A stretch of 37,865 nucleotides of DNA from a virus. Where the stretch lies: IMG/VR virus record IMGVR_UViG_3300037419_001092; one strand, given 5' to 3'. The notes under the pieces are model-generated. The model ran no database searches, was not told where the DNA came from, and saw nothing but the letters and a program-made list of their open reading frames with translations. The stretch's first letter is position 1, and every line of letters begins with the position of its first letter. Both the position numbers and the translations under genes were made by a program. Of the stretch, positions 8,143-17,004 are shown piece by piece.

Positions 8143-10021
8143 TGCCGACTCCTAGTGCTTGTAATACTTGCTGATCGGAAGCGCCCTGGTTTAACATGTC
8201 GAGTGCTTGTGCGGCGGTATTATCGTCGAAACCAAGCGCCCTAAGATGCTGGACGATCTGTTCATCGTGTGGTGAGGCTGGTGCCTGTTCCTGGGGGGCT
8301 TGACCTGGCACACCTTGTGGTTGCTGGGCCTGCATAGCTTGCTGTTGGGCCATTTGCGCCTGCTGCTGTTGCACTTGCATTTGCTTTACTTCATCGTCGT
8401 TAATAGACAACTTCTCAGGGTCTTCAACACCGGAGTTAGATACCAAGCTGTTGTAAGCCCCGATGAGCTTGTCGGGGAACTGTGATAAGAGCTGAGCGAG
8501 CATCGGTACCGACTCAACAGCGGCTAAGAGGTTAGATAGCGCCTCTAGCTGGTCAGAGTCATCCTTCATCTTGGAAGTTGAAGCATCAACGCGGAACTTC
8601 AGGGCTGGTGTGTCCGTGTCGTAATCAATTAGGATCTGGTTATCGTCGGACAGGAGTTCAAGATCGAACTTACCTTCTGCACCAAGCTTGCGAAGTTTGT
8701 CAGCTGTATCGTCGTCAAGTTGCAAGATGTCTTTACCGCTACGCTCAGCAAAGTAGAGATTAATAGCCGTCTCACTCCAGTTCTCGAACCACGACTCGAA
8801 CATCTTACGGACATAGTTATCGTCAACTGAGATGTTAGCCTTCTGTTGGTTGATACCAGCCGGTGTCTTACTAAAGCCTGGGTTACCGATATCTGCGCTA
8901 ATAGAGGTATCTGGTGAGCTGACGAGGTTGAGTAGCTGCGACTTCTGCAAGCCGTAGAGGGCTGGGTAGTTAACTACAGCAGTCGTATCAATGGTGAGTG
9001 GGACGATCTTAGCATTCGGATCAGTCGAGGCGTCGATCACAGCATTCGGTACGAGCTTGACCTGTGACATCGGGATGTTGCCATACTTAACGACCGGTGG
9101 GGCTAGCATTAAGGCGCGGTTATACTGGTACATCTGCATGTCAGAGTCGATCAGGTTTTGCAAGCCACCTACTAGCTCAACAATGCCCCTACCGCATGGG
9201 TTAGAGCCATCCGTATCGCCGTACATGAAGTCGATTGGATACTTACCGCGTGGGTCTTTATTGACTTTGGTGCGGACAATAAGTTTCTTATCGGGGTTGA
9301 AAGTGTAGAACTTAGCCTTAAGACCCTTTTGGAAGCCGGTGACCAGTTCGATACCAGTCGTTTCACCGCCACGATCTGTTTCGTGAGCAGTGCGAGCCTT
9401 AGCGTCCTTCTCGATGAGGGCGTTTAATACACCTTTAAGGGCTTCGATGTCCCATGAACTGTCCTTGACGTCCTTCTGGGAATCAATAAGACTTTCGATG
9501 TCCTCTTTCTGCCACCAGGCACGAACAAAGACGTAGTTACAGGCGTAGCCACTCTTCTTGCCAGGCTGGAAGAATAAATCACCCCAGTAGATTTCGGTCA
9601 TGTCAGGACAGAAATAGCCGTCATGGTTCAGGAATGGCGTGAATACTGCTTTATAACCAAGACCCAAGCCATCTTCTGTAACGTTCCAGCACTTCTGTAC
9701 GAGATCGTAGTCCTCATTGGCGTACGGAAGTATCTTGTTGGAATAGACAAACTGGGCTACAAGAGGCAGCCAGGCATCGTCATCGTCTGATTCAATAACT
9801 CCTGTGGGAAGCTGTTGAATAACACGACGCGGGGTCTTTCTGACGATAGAAGCTGTCGTTCCATCCGTAGTTTTCGGGTATGCAGGGTCGATACCGTCAT
9901 AGGGACGGTTGCGCATGATACGTTGGAATTCGTCGAACGGTTCAGTGAGCTGCTCGGTATACTTCTTTGCAGCTGTGTAGCGCTCGAATATGTTTTCGGG
10001 TGTTAGAAAGGCAAAAGCCAC
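8135..10021 (-). CDS. portal (podovirus/T7-type head-to-tail connector), 628 aa
   Basis: Size and position after the terminase genes. N-terminal RNRPYDGIDPAYPKTTDGTTASIVRKTPRRVIQQLP-type segment and a Gln-rich C-terminal tail. The start is GTG (10019..10021 = cac) with a poor SD, so the start is uncertain. Confidence 0.8.
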   Translation of the reverse strand: MAFAFLTPENIFERYTAAKKYTEQLTEPFDEFQRIMRNRPYDGIDPAYPKTTDGTTASIVRKTPRRVIQQLPTGVIESDDDDAWLPLVAQFVYSNKILPYANEDYDLVQKCWNVTEDGLGLGYKAVFTPFLNHDGYFCPDMTEIYWGDLFFQPGKKSGYACNYVFVRAWWQKEDIESLIDSQKDVKDSSWDIEALKGVLNALIEKDAKARTAHETDRGGETTGIELVTGFQKGLKAKFYTFNPDKKLIVRTKVNKDPRGKYPIDFMYGDTDGSNPCGRGIVELVGGLQNLIDSDMQMYQYNRALMLAPPVVKYGNIPMSQVKLVPNAVIDASTDPNAKIVPLTIDTTAVVNYPALYGLQKSQLLNLVSSPDTSISADIGNPGFSKTPAGINQQKANISVDDNYVRKMFESWFENWSETAINLYFAERSGKDILQLDDDTADKLRKLGAEGKFDLELLSDDNQILIDYDTDTPALKFRVDASTSKMKDDSDQLEALSNLLAAVESVPMLAQLLSQFPDKLIGAYNSLVSNSGVEDPEKLSINDDEVKQMQVQQQQAQMAQQQAMQAQQPQGVPGQAPQEQAPASPHDEQIVQHLRALGFDDNTAAQALDMLNQGASDQQVLQALGVGNG

Positions 10022-10028
10022 CTGGTAA

Positions 10029-10063
10029 GTACGGACTTTCTACTGCAAGTTCCGTACTTTTTT
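10029..10063 (+). terminator. strong intrinsic-terminator-like hairpin plus T6 on the plus strand, 7 nt from the portal GTG start
   Basis: GTACGGACTT (10029..10038) pairs with AAGTTCCGTAC (10047..10057): 10 bp with 1 bulge. Followed by TTTTTT (10058..10063). Confidence 0.5.
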
Positions 10064-10129
10064 AGGTGACTTACGTTGACTATAATTATACAGTATTAGG
10101 AGACACAATAAAAGCACTAAGGAGAAGCT

Positions 10130-10318
10130 ATGTCTAAGATTAAACCGGTATTAGCAGTTGTGAGTAGTGCGGGTCGGCCAATTGTCTTTGATGACGCGGG
10201 TCGCGTATGGGCGCTAGATCAGAACATGAGCTGGAGTCGAATGCCAGATCTGCCAGAGGAGCCGACAGAATCAGTTAGGGTTGATATTGATATGACGGGT
10301 GCGGCACCCAATCAGTAG
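10130..10318 (+). CDS. 62-aa hypothetical protein, plus-strand island between the terminase-side genes and the portal
   Basis: ORF track. Strong SD: AAGGAG 6 nt upstream of the ATG. Confidence 0.55.
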   Translation: MSKIKPVLAVVSSAGRPIVFDDAGRVWALDQNMSWSRMPDLPEEPTESVRVDIDMTGAAPNQ

Positions 10319-10320
10319 CC

Positions 10321-10431
10321 ATGCATAACTGTATTGAGCAATCAGGCAAGCCGGACGGCGATATGAGCATGTGTGCTGAATGCCGCAAGAGGCATGAGCA
10401 GTGGCGCAAACTAAAGGCGCTCGCTACTTAA
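10321..10431 (+). CDS. 36-aa Cys-containing mini-ORF (very tentative)
   Basis: Hand translation MHNCIEQSGKPDGDMSMCAECRKRHEQWRKLKALAT. Starts 3 nt after the previous stop. Overlaps the convergent end of 10424..10714. Confidence 0.25.
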   Translation: MHNCIEQSGKPDGDMSMCAECRKRHEQWRKLKALAT

Positions 10432-10714
10432 CCTCGACCTCCATGATGTTGTACTTTGTGCGGTACAAGTAGAACTCCTGGCCTTCGACGGGTGTAGACC
10501 ATAGAACATTGCGGCCGGTCAGGTTGTTGTACTGTGCCTGAGTCATGATAAGGTTGTCGGGGTAGGCTCTGACTACGGCACTCTGCGTATCTTTGACGGC
10601 TTGCTCAATAGCCGTAACCAGTTCTTTGCCTTTCTCTTTGAATTCCCGTATGTCGAGAGAGTAAGGCTTCTCGGTAGACAGGCTTGAGTAGGCATCAGCT
10701 TTGAAGTCAAACAC
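10424..10714 (-). CDS. 96-aa hypothetical protein
   Basis: ORF track. Abuts 10715..11026. Confidence 0.75.
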   Translation of the reverse strand: MFDFKADAYSSLSTEKPYSLDIREFKEKGKELVTAIEQAVKDTQSAVVRAYPDNLIMTQAQYNNLTGRNVLWSTPVEGQEFYLYRTKYNIMEVEVK

Positions 10715-11026
10715 CTAGTACTCCAGCTTTGTGTAGCACTTCACTACGAAGTAATAACCAGCATCTTTCCCTGCTTTGGTGTGCTCTATCTCAAAGGCAG
10801 GCTCTAGCATAGTCGGGTCTTGCTTGAGATCGTCACTAAACTTCACGTATGCTTCGTGCTCTTCACGCTGGTTAGTAACCTTTTCACGTATCTTGAACCT
10901 GTGTCTTACTGGTTTGCTAGTCATACCACCTCCAAAGTAGTTTGTTTCACTGGTCTGTGTAGAGCCGTTATTGTCTATAATCTCGGTCTTTTCACTTGAG
11001 CCGTAGGGTATCTTAGTTTCGGGCAT
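10715..11026 (-). CDS. 103-aa hypothetical protein
   Basis: ORF track. Lies directly downstream of terL. Confidence 0.75.
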   Translation of the reverse strand: MPETKIPYGSSEKTEIIDNNGSTQTSETNYFGGGMTSKPVRHRFKIREKVTNQREEHEAYVKFSDDLKQDPTMLEPAFEIEHTKAGKDAGYYFVVKCYTKLEY

Positions 11027-11035
11027 AGTTTCTCC

Positions 11036-12220
11036 TTAATGCCATAGGGTTGTTATTGAGCCGCTTGATAACTCTTCGTGGGTGTCGATCCTTGGCCTGA
11101 ATGATTCAAGCCCATAACGTAGTGCATCGAGTAGATGGTCATTCCCTCCCTCGGGTTTGTTAATAATCCTGCCTTCCTTATCGGTTTGCCATAAGTAGTT
11201 ACGGTATTCTTTAATTAGGTTAATGCTGCGCTTAGTCATGCTAATGCGCTGGTCTTGCACGAACTGTATGCCCTGGGTAATACTGCCTGGCCCCTTTTGG
11301 CATGGTAGAACGCTCACGCCGTATGTGCGTAGTTCATCAATACTTTTAGGTTCAGCACTATCAGCCATAACGAGTGTCTGCGGTTGTTCAAGGTTATTAA
11401 GGAAATCAGCTAAAGCTTTATTAGATAGGCCTTTGCGGTACAGTTGCTCGTCGATGATATAGCCGCCGTTGAAGTAGTAGATATCTACGATTGCACTAGG
11501 GTCGTTGGAGTATCCAAAGTCTAAGCCTCTTCTCTCTAACCTGGCCTGGTGCGGCACTTGTTCAATGATCTGCCAATCTTTATATATCTTGCCCTCTGCT
11601 TCACCGAGCATCCCGAGGCCGTATACTTGCCACCAGTTCTTGTTATGCTTGTGTGCCTCAATATCGGCAACGATGTTAGCGTCCAGCGCTTCGTTGTCTA
11701 GATAAGTCAGGGTTATGAAGTCATGCTCATAATTTGGGGCTACGTCGGTGTAGTACCAAAACTCATTCGTAGGGTTGTAGTCAATCCAGATGGCTTTCTT
11801 GGTACGTATACGCAGTTGGTCGAAAGCTTCGTATGGTATGTTGTTTGCCTCGTTAACGAACAACACATCACGTCTTGGGCCACGTACTTTGCCAGGCTGG
11901 TCGGCACTAAAGAACTCTATCTTTGAGCCTGTCTCGAAGGTGTATGTGTAGTCTGTCTTAGACCACAGTTCATCCTTGAAGTAGCCCTGCTCAGTCATGA
12001 TGTTCAGGAAGTCACGCATTGCACCCCTACGGAGATGGGGAAAGCTCTCCGATACTACAGAGATAAGCTCAGGTGTTTTAGGATCAGCACTCTGCGCATA
12101 GTCAATAAGGATCTGCAGTATAGCTATAGTCTTACCGGCACTCGTACCGCCAGCAACTACACGTATACGCTTATTCAGCTTCAGGAGTTTGCGCGTCGAG
12201 GTTGTCACCTGGTACGACAT
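11036..12220 (-). CDS. terL: terminase large subunit (394 aa, PBSX/Terminase_3-like)
   Basis: Walker A VVAGGTSAGKT. Acidic nuclease-type C-terminal half. Preceded by the small subunit gene. Confidence 0.9.
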   Translation of the reverse strand: MSYQVTTSTRKLLKLNKRIRVVAGGTSAGKTIAILQILIDYAQSADPKTPELISVVSESFPHLRRGAMRDFLNIMTEQGYFKDELWSKTDYTYTFETGSKIEFFSADQPGKVRGPRRDVLFVNEANNIPYEAFDQLRIRTKKAIWIDYNPTNEFWYYTDVAPNYEHDFITLTYLDNEALDANIVADIEAHKHNKNWWQVYGLGMLGEAEGKIYKDWQIIEQVPHQARLERRGLDFGYSNDPSAIVDIYYFNGGYIIDEQLYRKGLSNKALADFLNNLEQPQTLVMADSAEPKSIDELRTYGVSVLPCQKGPGSITQGIQFVQDQRISMTKRSINLIKEYRNYLWQTDKEGRIINKPEGGNDHLLDALRYGLESFRPRIDTHEELSSGSITTLWH

Positions 12221-12569
12221 CTATAACCTTTCTTGTTTCACTGCCTAACAGTGGTTGGGGTAGATGAATATTGATGTTCGTGTCGCTGCTTGTGCCGAAC
12301 TCATCTTTCTTCTTTCTAGCGAGGTAATCCATCGCTAATTTACCGTCACGTTGTAGCTGCTTAATTACTGACTTTCTAGCGAGTAATATGGGCTTTTCTT
12401 TGAGTGCCTTCTTACGCTCTATAAATTCAGGGTTTTTCTCTTGATAAAGATAGAGGGTTTGAACTGCTATATCAGCCCATAAAGCTGCTTCAACGTCAGT
12501 GCAGCCCCATGCAAACGCTTCTTCTAACTTGGCAATGACTTCAGGCGTCATAATTGTTGGTCTAGCCAT
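12171..12569 (-). CDS. terS: terminase small subunit (HTH-type, 132 aa)
   Basis: N-terminus MARPTIMTPEVIAKLEEAFAWGCTDVEAALWADI is typical of small-terminase HTH domains. Overlaps the terL start. Confidence 0.7.
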   Translation of the reverse strand: MARPTIMTPEVIAKLEEAFAWGCTDVEAALWADIAVQTLYLYQEKNPEFIERKKALKEKPILLARKSVIKQLQRDGKLAMDYLARKKKDEFGTSSDTNINIHLPQPLLGSETRKVIDVVPGDNLDAQTPEAE

Positions 12570-12837
12570 TTTGCAATTCCTTTTTCTTTTGGTAACTTCT
12601 AGCTAGAGCAGCTTTGCCTTTCTCGGTCTTGTAATAGCGTTTGCACGCGTCTAGAATCTTCTGCCTTCCTTCTTCGGTTGCGTACCTTTTTCGCATTTGT
12701 TCGCGCATGAATTTGTTATGGCAAGCCCTACATCGAGCGTAAAGCTTCTTGGTGCCGTCTTTTCTAGCGCTGCCAGGACGGTAGTACACGCCCGGTTCTC
12801 CGCAGGCGCAAGTCTGTTTGATGTCATTAGTTGTCAT
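12562..12837 (-). CDS. 91-aa basic Cys4 zinc-ribbon-like protein
   Basis: CACG...CRACH motifs. The tracked start is a TTG at 12843; I prefer ATG 12837, which has an AAGG SD. Confidence 0.75.
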   Translation of the reverse strand: MTTNDIKQTCACGEPGVYYRPGSARKDGTKKLYARCRACHNKFMREQMRKRYATEEGRQKILDACKRYYKTEKGKAALARSYQKKKELQNG

Positions 12838-13015
12838 CTTCAAATACCTTTACTGTTAACATTGTCATCGGATCTACTGCACCGAGGGCGAGGATCTTAG
12901 CATCATCTGTCTGTAGGACAACTCGGTAGGTTACATCTAGACTTGCGGTCTTCTTGCTCTTTACTTCAATCACTTCAGCTTTGAATGTGAGTGTGCCATC
13001 GTTGTTACTTGTCAT
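12827..13015 (-). CDS. 62-aa hypothetical protein
   Basis: ORF track. ATG 13015 is preceded by AGGAGA with a 5-nt spacer. Confidence 0.75.
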   Translation of the reverse strand: MTSNNDGTLTFKAEVIEVKSKKTASLDVTYRVVLQTDDAKILALGAVDPMTMLTVKVFEDDN

Positions 13016-13310
13016 CACTTTCTCCTAATCCTGCTGCGCGGCGTGCTGCTAAATCACTAATTTGACCAACTGAGTTAGAAGCTAAACGCATGACACCCTG
13101 TCTTAAAAGCTTTTTCTTCTCAGCTGCATAGGCTGCATAGAATTGTGCATTAGTTTTTGTATACCCCTCATCAGCGAATAATTGTTTGATTTGGGCTATA
13201 GCTTCGTCATCAAGAAAAGCGTATGCAGGTAGCGGATTATCGTGGTCAGGAAATACGATCTTATTTGGATGTATCTTTATCCCTCGCAACTTCTCATCTA
13301 AATTACTCAT
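13005..13310 (-). CDS. 101-aa hypothetical protein
   Basis: ORF track. Start moved to ATG 13310, which forms an ATGA overlap with the upstream stop. Confidence 0.75.
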   Translation of the reverse strand: MSNLDEKLRGIKIHPNKIVFPDHDNPLPAYAFLDDEAIAQIKQLFADEGYTKTNAQFYAAYAAEKKKLLRQGVMRLASNSVGQISDLAARRAAGLGESDDK

Positions 13311-13492
13311 ACGTACTGCAACTCCTCCCATAATGTGTCCCAATCATCAGGTGCTATGGTCTTGAAACCTTCCGCCGACTGAGCACACTCTTTATGTGCG
13401 TATTCATTCTCTGGTGTTTCGTAGGGGAAGATGATAATGTTCTCTGGATCATCCATATCGGCTTCATGGAAACAGTAACGGCAGAAGTTCAT
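13307..13492 (-). CDS. 61-aa Cys/His mini-protein
   Basis: CRYC...HKEC. ATGA overlaps on both sides. Confidence 0.7.
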   Translation of the reverse strand: MNFCRYCFHEADMDDPENIIIFPYETPENEYAHKECAQSAEGFKTIAPDDWDTLWEELQYV

Positions 13493-13776
13493 AGCTCAAC
13501 ATACCTATTGAAAGTTATAGTCTTTGAGCCTTTAGTAGGCTTCACATACTCTGACTTTTTGACTTGTATAGGGTATCCCATCAAGTCTTTCGTCATTACG
13601 TAGCCTTTTTGGGCTTTATTCCGGTATTTCTTAGGCTCTAATCCAACCCATTGCTTGAATTGCCTCCACTTAGATTTAGGGACTACTCTTATACGATCGT
13701 AGCCATATGGTTCAACGTATCTTTTGAGCATTTCTTCAGCCCACTTCTTATGCCATGCTTCAAACTGATCGTTCAT
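13489..13776 (-). CDS. 95-aa basic hypothetical protein
   Basis: ORF track. ATGA-coupled to its neighbours. Confidence 0.75.
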   Translation of the reverse strand: MNDQFEAWHKKWAEEMLKRYVEPYGYDRIRVVPKSKWRQFKQWVGLEPKKYRNKAQKGYVMTKDLMGYPIQVKKSEYVKPTKGSKTITFNRYVEL

Positions 13777-14012
13777 AGCCCTAACACTTTCTTGATCATT
13801 GGTATGTTTCCTCCCTTAATAACGTGCTCTGTAGTTCCGTCGTTGATGATTGTGACCGGCACCATTCGCCCGCCGGATACTCTTTCCAGTTCTGCAGCGT
13901 TATTGCCTTCATCACGGTTAATGATGGTGTACTTTAGGTTGTTCTGATCGAGCATGTGCTTTATTGATCTACACGGCCCGCAGGTTGGAGTGCTGTAGAT
14001 GGTGATTTTCAT
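13773..14012 (-). CDS. glutaredoxin/thioredoxin-fold protein (NrdH/Grx-like, 79 aa)
   Basis: MKITIYSTPTCGPCRSIK... with a CGPC active site and ...MVPVTIINDG. Start moved to ATG 14012 (GGAG SD, ATGA overlap with the upstream stop). Confidence 0.8.
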   Translation of the reverse strand: MKITIYSTPTCGPCRSIKHMLDQNNLKYTIINRDEGNNAAELERVSGGRMVPVTIINDGTTEHVIKGGNIPMIKKVLGL

Positions 14013-14368
14013 AGGTGAGCTCCGAGGTACTGAATAGAATCTTCTTCGAGTACCATATCTCTCAAATGGTATTTCCAAGCCTCGTCATAAAATGTTTGCT
14101 CGGCGCAGTATGGGTCATGCTTTTTCTCTAATCCACAGTTAAAACAGACCTCATTAGTGCCAAAAAAGCACTTGGCAAAATCGTGGTTGAAGATGATGTG
14201 TTCTATTGCAATTTCATCATAATCCTCATACTCTAAGGCGTTGTTCAAACAATAGCTTTCCCGATACTCTGCTATTTTCAGCGGGTAAAATTCTGAAGGT
14301 AATCCAAGTTCGTACCCACCCTCAATAGCTTTACTGATCGCTTTCTCCAAGATTTCCTGATGACTCAT
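14009..14368 (-). CDS. 119-aa hypothetical protein
   Basis: ORF track. Confidence 0.75.
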   Translation of the reverse strand: MSHQEILEKAISKAIEGGYELGLPSEFYPLKIAEYRESYCLNNALEYEDYDEIAIEHIIFNHDFAKCFFGTNEVCFNCGLEKKHDPYCAEQTFYDEAWKYHLRDMVLEEDSIQYLGAHL

Positions 14369-14556
14369 ACAGCCTCCACCGCGACCAGGCCGACTGACTT
14401 CGCAAAGTTATAGGCATCTAAGTAGTTATCACACTCATTCAGGGCAGCGGTTCTCTGTGTCTCAGTCAGTGAGTCCACGACTTTAGAGCTAGCAATCATA
14501 AAGTGATCTCGTAGAAGTTGTACTGAGTGGTCGATAGCTGGTGCTTCAATGTTCAT
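14365..14556 (-). CDS. 63-aa hypothetical protein
   Basis: ORF track. ATGA overlap downstream. Confidence 0.7.
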   Translation of the reverse strand: MNIEAPAIDHSVQLLRDHFMIASSKVVDSLTETQRTAALNECDNYLDAYNFAKSVGLVAVEAV

Positions 14557-14723
14557 TTATTAAATTCCCTTGCTTGCCTTATTCGCTTATAGAAGATTGA
14601 GGGGAGATCAACGGGCTTTACGACGTATACCTTGTTTAGGAGTTTAGGATTCTTGTCCACAGGTATGTCCTAGTGCTTTCAAATAAATCGTCATACAGCG
14701 CTTACAGAGCTTCTGATCGTAGG

Positions 14724-15023
14724 TCATACAGACTCCATAGGTAAGGTGAACGTACCTTCCTCTATCATCAGTGCAGCCATGGTGTAGCCTATGATGTCTT
14801 GATACGTGTCGAACAGAGACTCGTTTTGAGCCTCTTTGTGGGTTTCTACTAAATTAGCCATACGAGCTACTTTTTCGTACAGTCTGACTGCTATGACCGT
14901 TCGAGGACTAAACGGCGTATTGATAAGGTTCCCAGTACCGTAGTCGCGGTGCTTCTGAATACACAACTCAGCAATGTCAGCCGCTAGTTTGCGTACTGCA
15001 TCTTCGTACGTTTGTTGAGCCAT
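14724..15023 (-). CDS. 99-aa all-alpha protein, DUF1599/MazG-like NTP-pyrophosphohydrolase-fold candidate
   Basis: IQKHRDYGTGNL...RLYEKVARMANL resembles the K-x-x-DYG plus R-L-x-D/E-K pattern of that family. This is from memory, not a search. Confidence 0.75.
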   Translation of the reverse strand: MAQQTYEDAVRKLAADIAELCIQKHRDYGTGNLINTPFSPRTVIAVRLYEKVARMANLVETHKEAQNESLFDTYQDIIGYTMAALMIEEGTFTLPMESV

Positions 15024-15232
15024 AGATTGTACCCTCTATCGCTTCCGTACTCGTGGTGGGGGTCTGTGTTCGAGTGAGTAAGTTGGAGTCTACAGACCAC
15101 CCTGACATATGGTGAAAAGGTGCTAGGGCAAAGCGTTGCCCCACCATAAATACGGGAGAGATTGTTAATCGTACGCGAAACGATTACTACTTAGGCTGAT
15201 AGTATCATGCTCATGTTTATAAGTCAATACTG

Positions 15233-15271
15233 TTATAAAAGAAAAGAACCCTAGCCGAGGGTACGGGCTAG
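15233..15271 (-). terminator. intrinsic terminator after the 48-aa gene
   Basis: CTAGCC (15251..15256) pairs with GGCTAG (15266..15271). The minus strand continues GGTTCTTTTCTTTTAT. Confidence 0.45.
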
Positions 15272-15295
15272 AGTCCTGATCAGAGATTTACGATG

Positions 15296-15442
15296 CTAAC
15301 CTAGAATATCTAGGTGGTTCAGTGCAGCCTGTTGCGCTTCACCTTCTGTCGCGTAGGAGTTAGGGAGTACCATATGTCCTTTATCGTGCACAATAAGAGC
15401 ATGAAACCCATCTGCTTGACGAGCTACTATAACGTTATGCAT
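15296..15442 (-). CDS. 48-aa protein, HicB/UPF0150-like pattern (tentative)
   Basis: Hand translation MHNVIVARQADGFHALIVHDKGHMVLPNSYATEGEAQQAALNHLDILG. GGAAGGA SD upstream and its own terminator downstream. Confidence 0.45.
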   Translation of the reverse strand: MHNVIVARQADGFHALIVHDKGHMVLPNSYATEGEAQQAALNHLDILG

Positions 15443-15575
15443 TTAGCTAGCTTTTCCTTCCTCACGCGAACACCTTAATAGTAGCCTAATTGTCTGTTTA
15501 TGACTGTAAGAATGCTTACAATTTAACTACAATAACAGTTCGTAAATGCACCTATAATAGTAAGTGGAGGTTATT

Positions 15576-15752
15576 ATGAAATCTAAGTGTGAAGTGTGCA
15601 AAGATAACGATGCTAAGCATGTTGTGATCGTTGGTTATGACAAACAAGGCTCGAGTGTGAACGGTATCATTACTCTAAAAATGTGTGATGATTGTAAGAG
15701 TAAATGGGATGCAGGCGAACTAAATCTTAATGTGATCCCAAAAGCCAGCTAG
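15576..15752 (+). CDS. 58-aa CxxC...CxxC zinc-ribbon protein, plus strand, divergent from the 48-aa gene
   Basis: GGAGG SD 5 nt before ATG 15576. TATAAT at 15553..15558. MKSKCEVCKDND...MCDDCKSKW. Confidence 0.6.
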   Translation: MKSKCEVCKDNDAKHVVIVGYDKQGSSVNGIITLKMCDDCKSKWDAGELNLNVIPKAS

Positions 15753-15936
15753 ACGGATTGCACATCTCGGTATGTAACTGTACGAACTTCTCTTTGGCTT
15801 GCTTGTTATCCCAAGTGCCATTATGGATAACTTCAGCTACTTGGTCTTCTATCCATTCGTGGGTTGAATCATAGCCTTTAATAGGGTGTTTCTCTGCTAG
15901 TCTTTTTAGGGCTTCTCTAAACATGTCTTCAGGCAT
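15727..15936 (-). CDS. 69-aa hypothetical protein
   Basis: ORF track. Confidence 0.7.
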   Translation of the reverse strand: MPEDMFREALKRLAEKHPIKGYDSTHEWIEDQVAEVIHNGTWDNKQAKEKFVQLHTEMCNPSSWLLGSH

Positions 15937-15948
15937 GAGAGTATTGTA

Positions 15949-16188
15949 CTACTTAGGCGGATTTGACGCGCCCATAATGCGGCCTGGGCCTTGAGTAGCC
16001 ATGTCGTTAACCGTATGCGTGATTCTGTCAGCCAACCAATACCATAGACTGTCAGGTATCCAGCGAGGGGCTTCTTTGACATACACGTGAATACGAATAA
16101 AGCTCACTCCACCGATACGCCCAATCTTGCCATCACTGCTGACGAACATAGCTGGGTGTTCTTCTTCCATAAAGTCTTTAATACTCAT
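15949..16188 (-). CDS. 79-aa protein with C-terminal TQGPGxIxG motif (paralogue of 19236..19529)
   Basis: ...VNDMATQGPGRIMGASNPPK compared with ...VTDLVTQGPGSINGIHKSAKEPS. Confidence 0.75.
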   Translation of the reverse strand: MSIKDFMEEEHPAMFVSSDGKIGRIGGVSFIRIHVYVKEAPRWIPDSLWYWLADRITHTVNDMATQGPGRIMGASNPPK

Positions 16189-16190
16189 CT

Positions 16191-16529
16191 CTATCCTTCC
16201 CCCTCTTTTTGGCGGTTGAGTTCAGCTATACGGTCAACTTTCCATGACATAGCAACTCTACTTACATCATCAACATCACAAAAGTTTTCTAGTCCTTCTC
16301 CACCGGTATAGGTATATACAATCTCAAGTATTTCTTTGTGCGCTTCGTTAATACCGTCTATCTTTGCCTCTACTATGTGCTGCTGTATGGCTGCCTCTAA
16401 CTTTGGTCTATTAATCAAGATTTCATCGAAGCTTGTAACTTTAATACCGTCTTGAGTGTAGGTAGTAAGAGCAATAGTAGCGTCCTGTATAGCTTTATCT
16501 AACCAGTCTTCGTTCGGTGAGGTAGTCAT
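16191..16529 (-). CDS. 112-aa hypothetical protein
   Basis: ORF track. ATGA coupling. Confidence 0.75.
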   Translation of the reverse strand: MTTSPNEDWLDKAIQDATIALTTYTQDGIKVTSFDEILINRPKLEAAIQQHIVEAKIDGINEAHKEILEIVYTYTGGEGLENFCDVDDVSRVAMSWKVDRIAELNRQKEGEG

Positions 16530-16723
16530 GTTTTCTCCGTTGGTGTGAAAGTGCCGTCTTTTACGGTCCTATCGGTTATTATCTCTTTCGAGAGCCCACA
16601 ATGACAGATGAAGTCGGCACACATTAGCTTTGTATACATCAACATCCCATCCCACCGCTCGACGGAGATACTTTTCTCACCTTGCTCTATGAACTGCCAC
16701 TTGTGTCGGTGGAATATACTCAT
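16526..16723 (-). CDS. 65-aa Cys/His-rich mini-protein
   Basis: ORF track. MCADFICHCG. Confidence 0.7.
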   Translation of the reverse strand: MSIFHRHKWQFIEQGEKSISVERWDGMLMYTKLMCADFICHCGLSKEIITDRTVKDGTFTPTEKT

Positions 16724-17004
16724 ACCTCTCCCTTCTTGCTTCTGTGGTTGAGGAGGAGTTGCTGTACCTTATCCATCTCTATCACTCCAGGGAGGCCGTA
16801 GGCCGGTTCTCCAATTTCCGCAAGCAAGGTGTCAATTAGTTTGTCTTGGTGGGTTTGGACGAGCTTCTTTATGCTAGGATGTTCTAGTTTAATCTTTGCC
16901 GTAGCAGATAAGCTATGTATCGGGCAATTCATAGTATTAATCAGACCTTCACCGAAAGGCTCGCATTTACATAGCAACGTTGACTGGTCATTATTTACCG
17001 CCAT
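16720..17004 (-). CDS. 94-aa hypothetical protein
   Basis: ORF track. Confidence 0.75.
   Translation of the reverse strand: MAVNNDQSTLLCKCEPFGEGLINTMNCPIHSLSATAKIKLEHPSIKKLVQTHQDKLIDTLLAEIGEPAYGLPGVIEMDKVQQLLLNHRSKKGEV

Noticed and set aside
14644-14727. 27-aa ORF (MTYDQKLCKRCMTIYLKALGHTCGQES) with an ATGA overlap to the upstream stop
   Set aside because: It is too short to support without comparative or expression data. It is noted only as a possibility.
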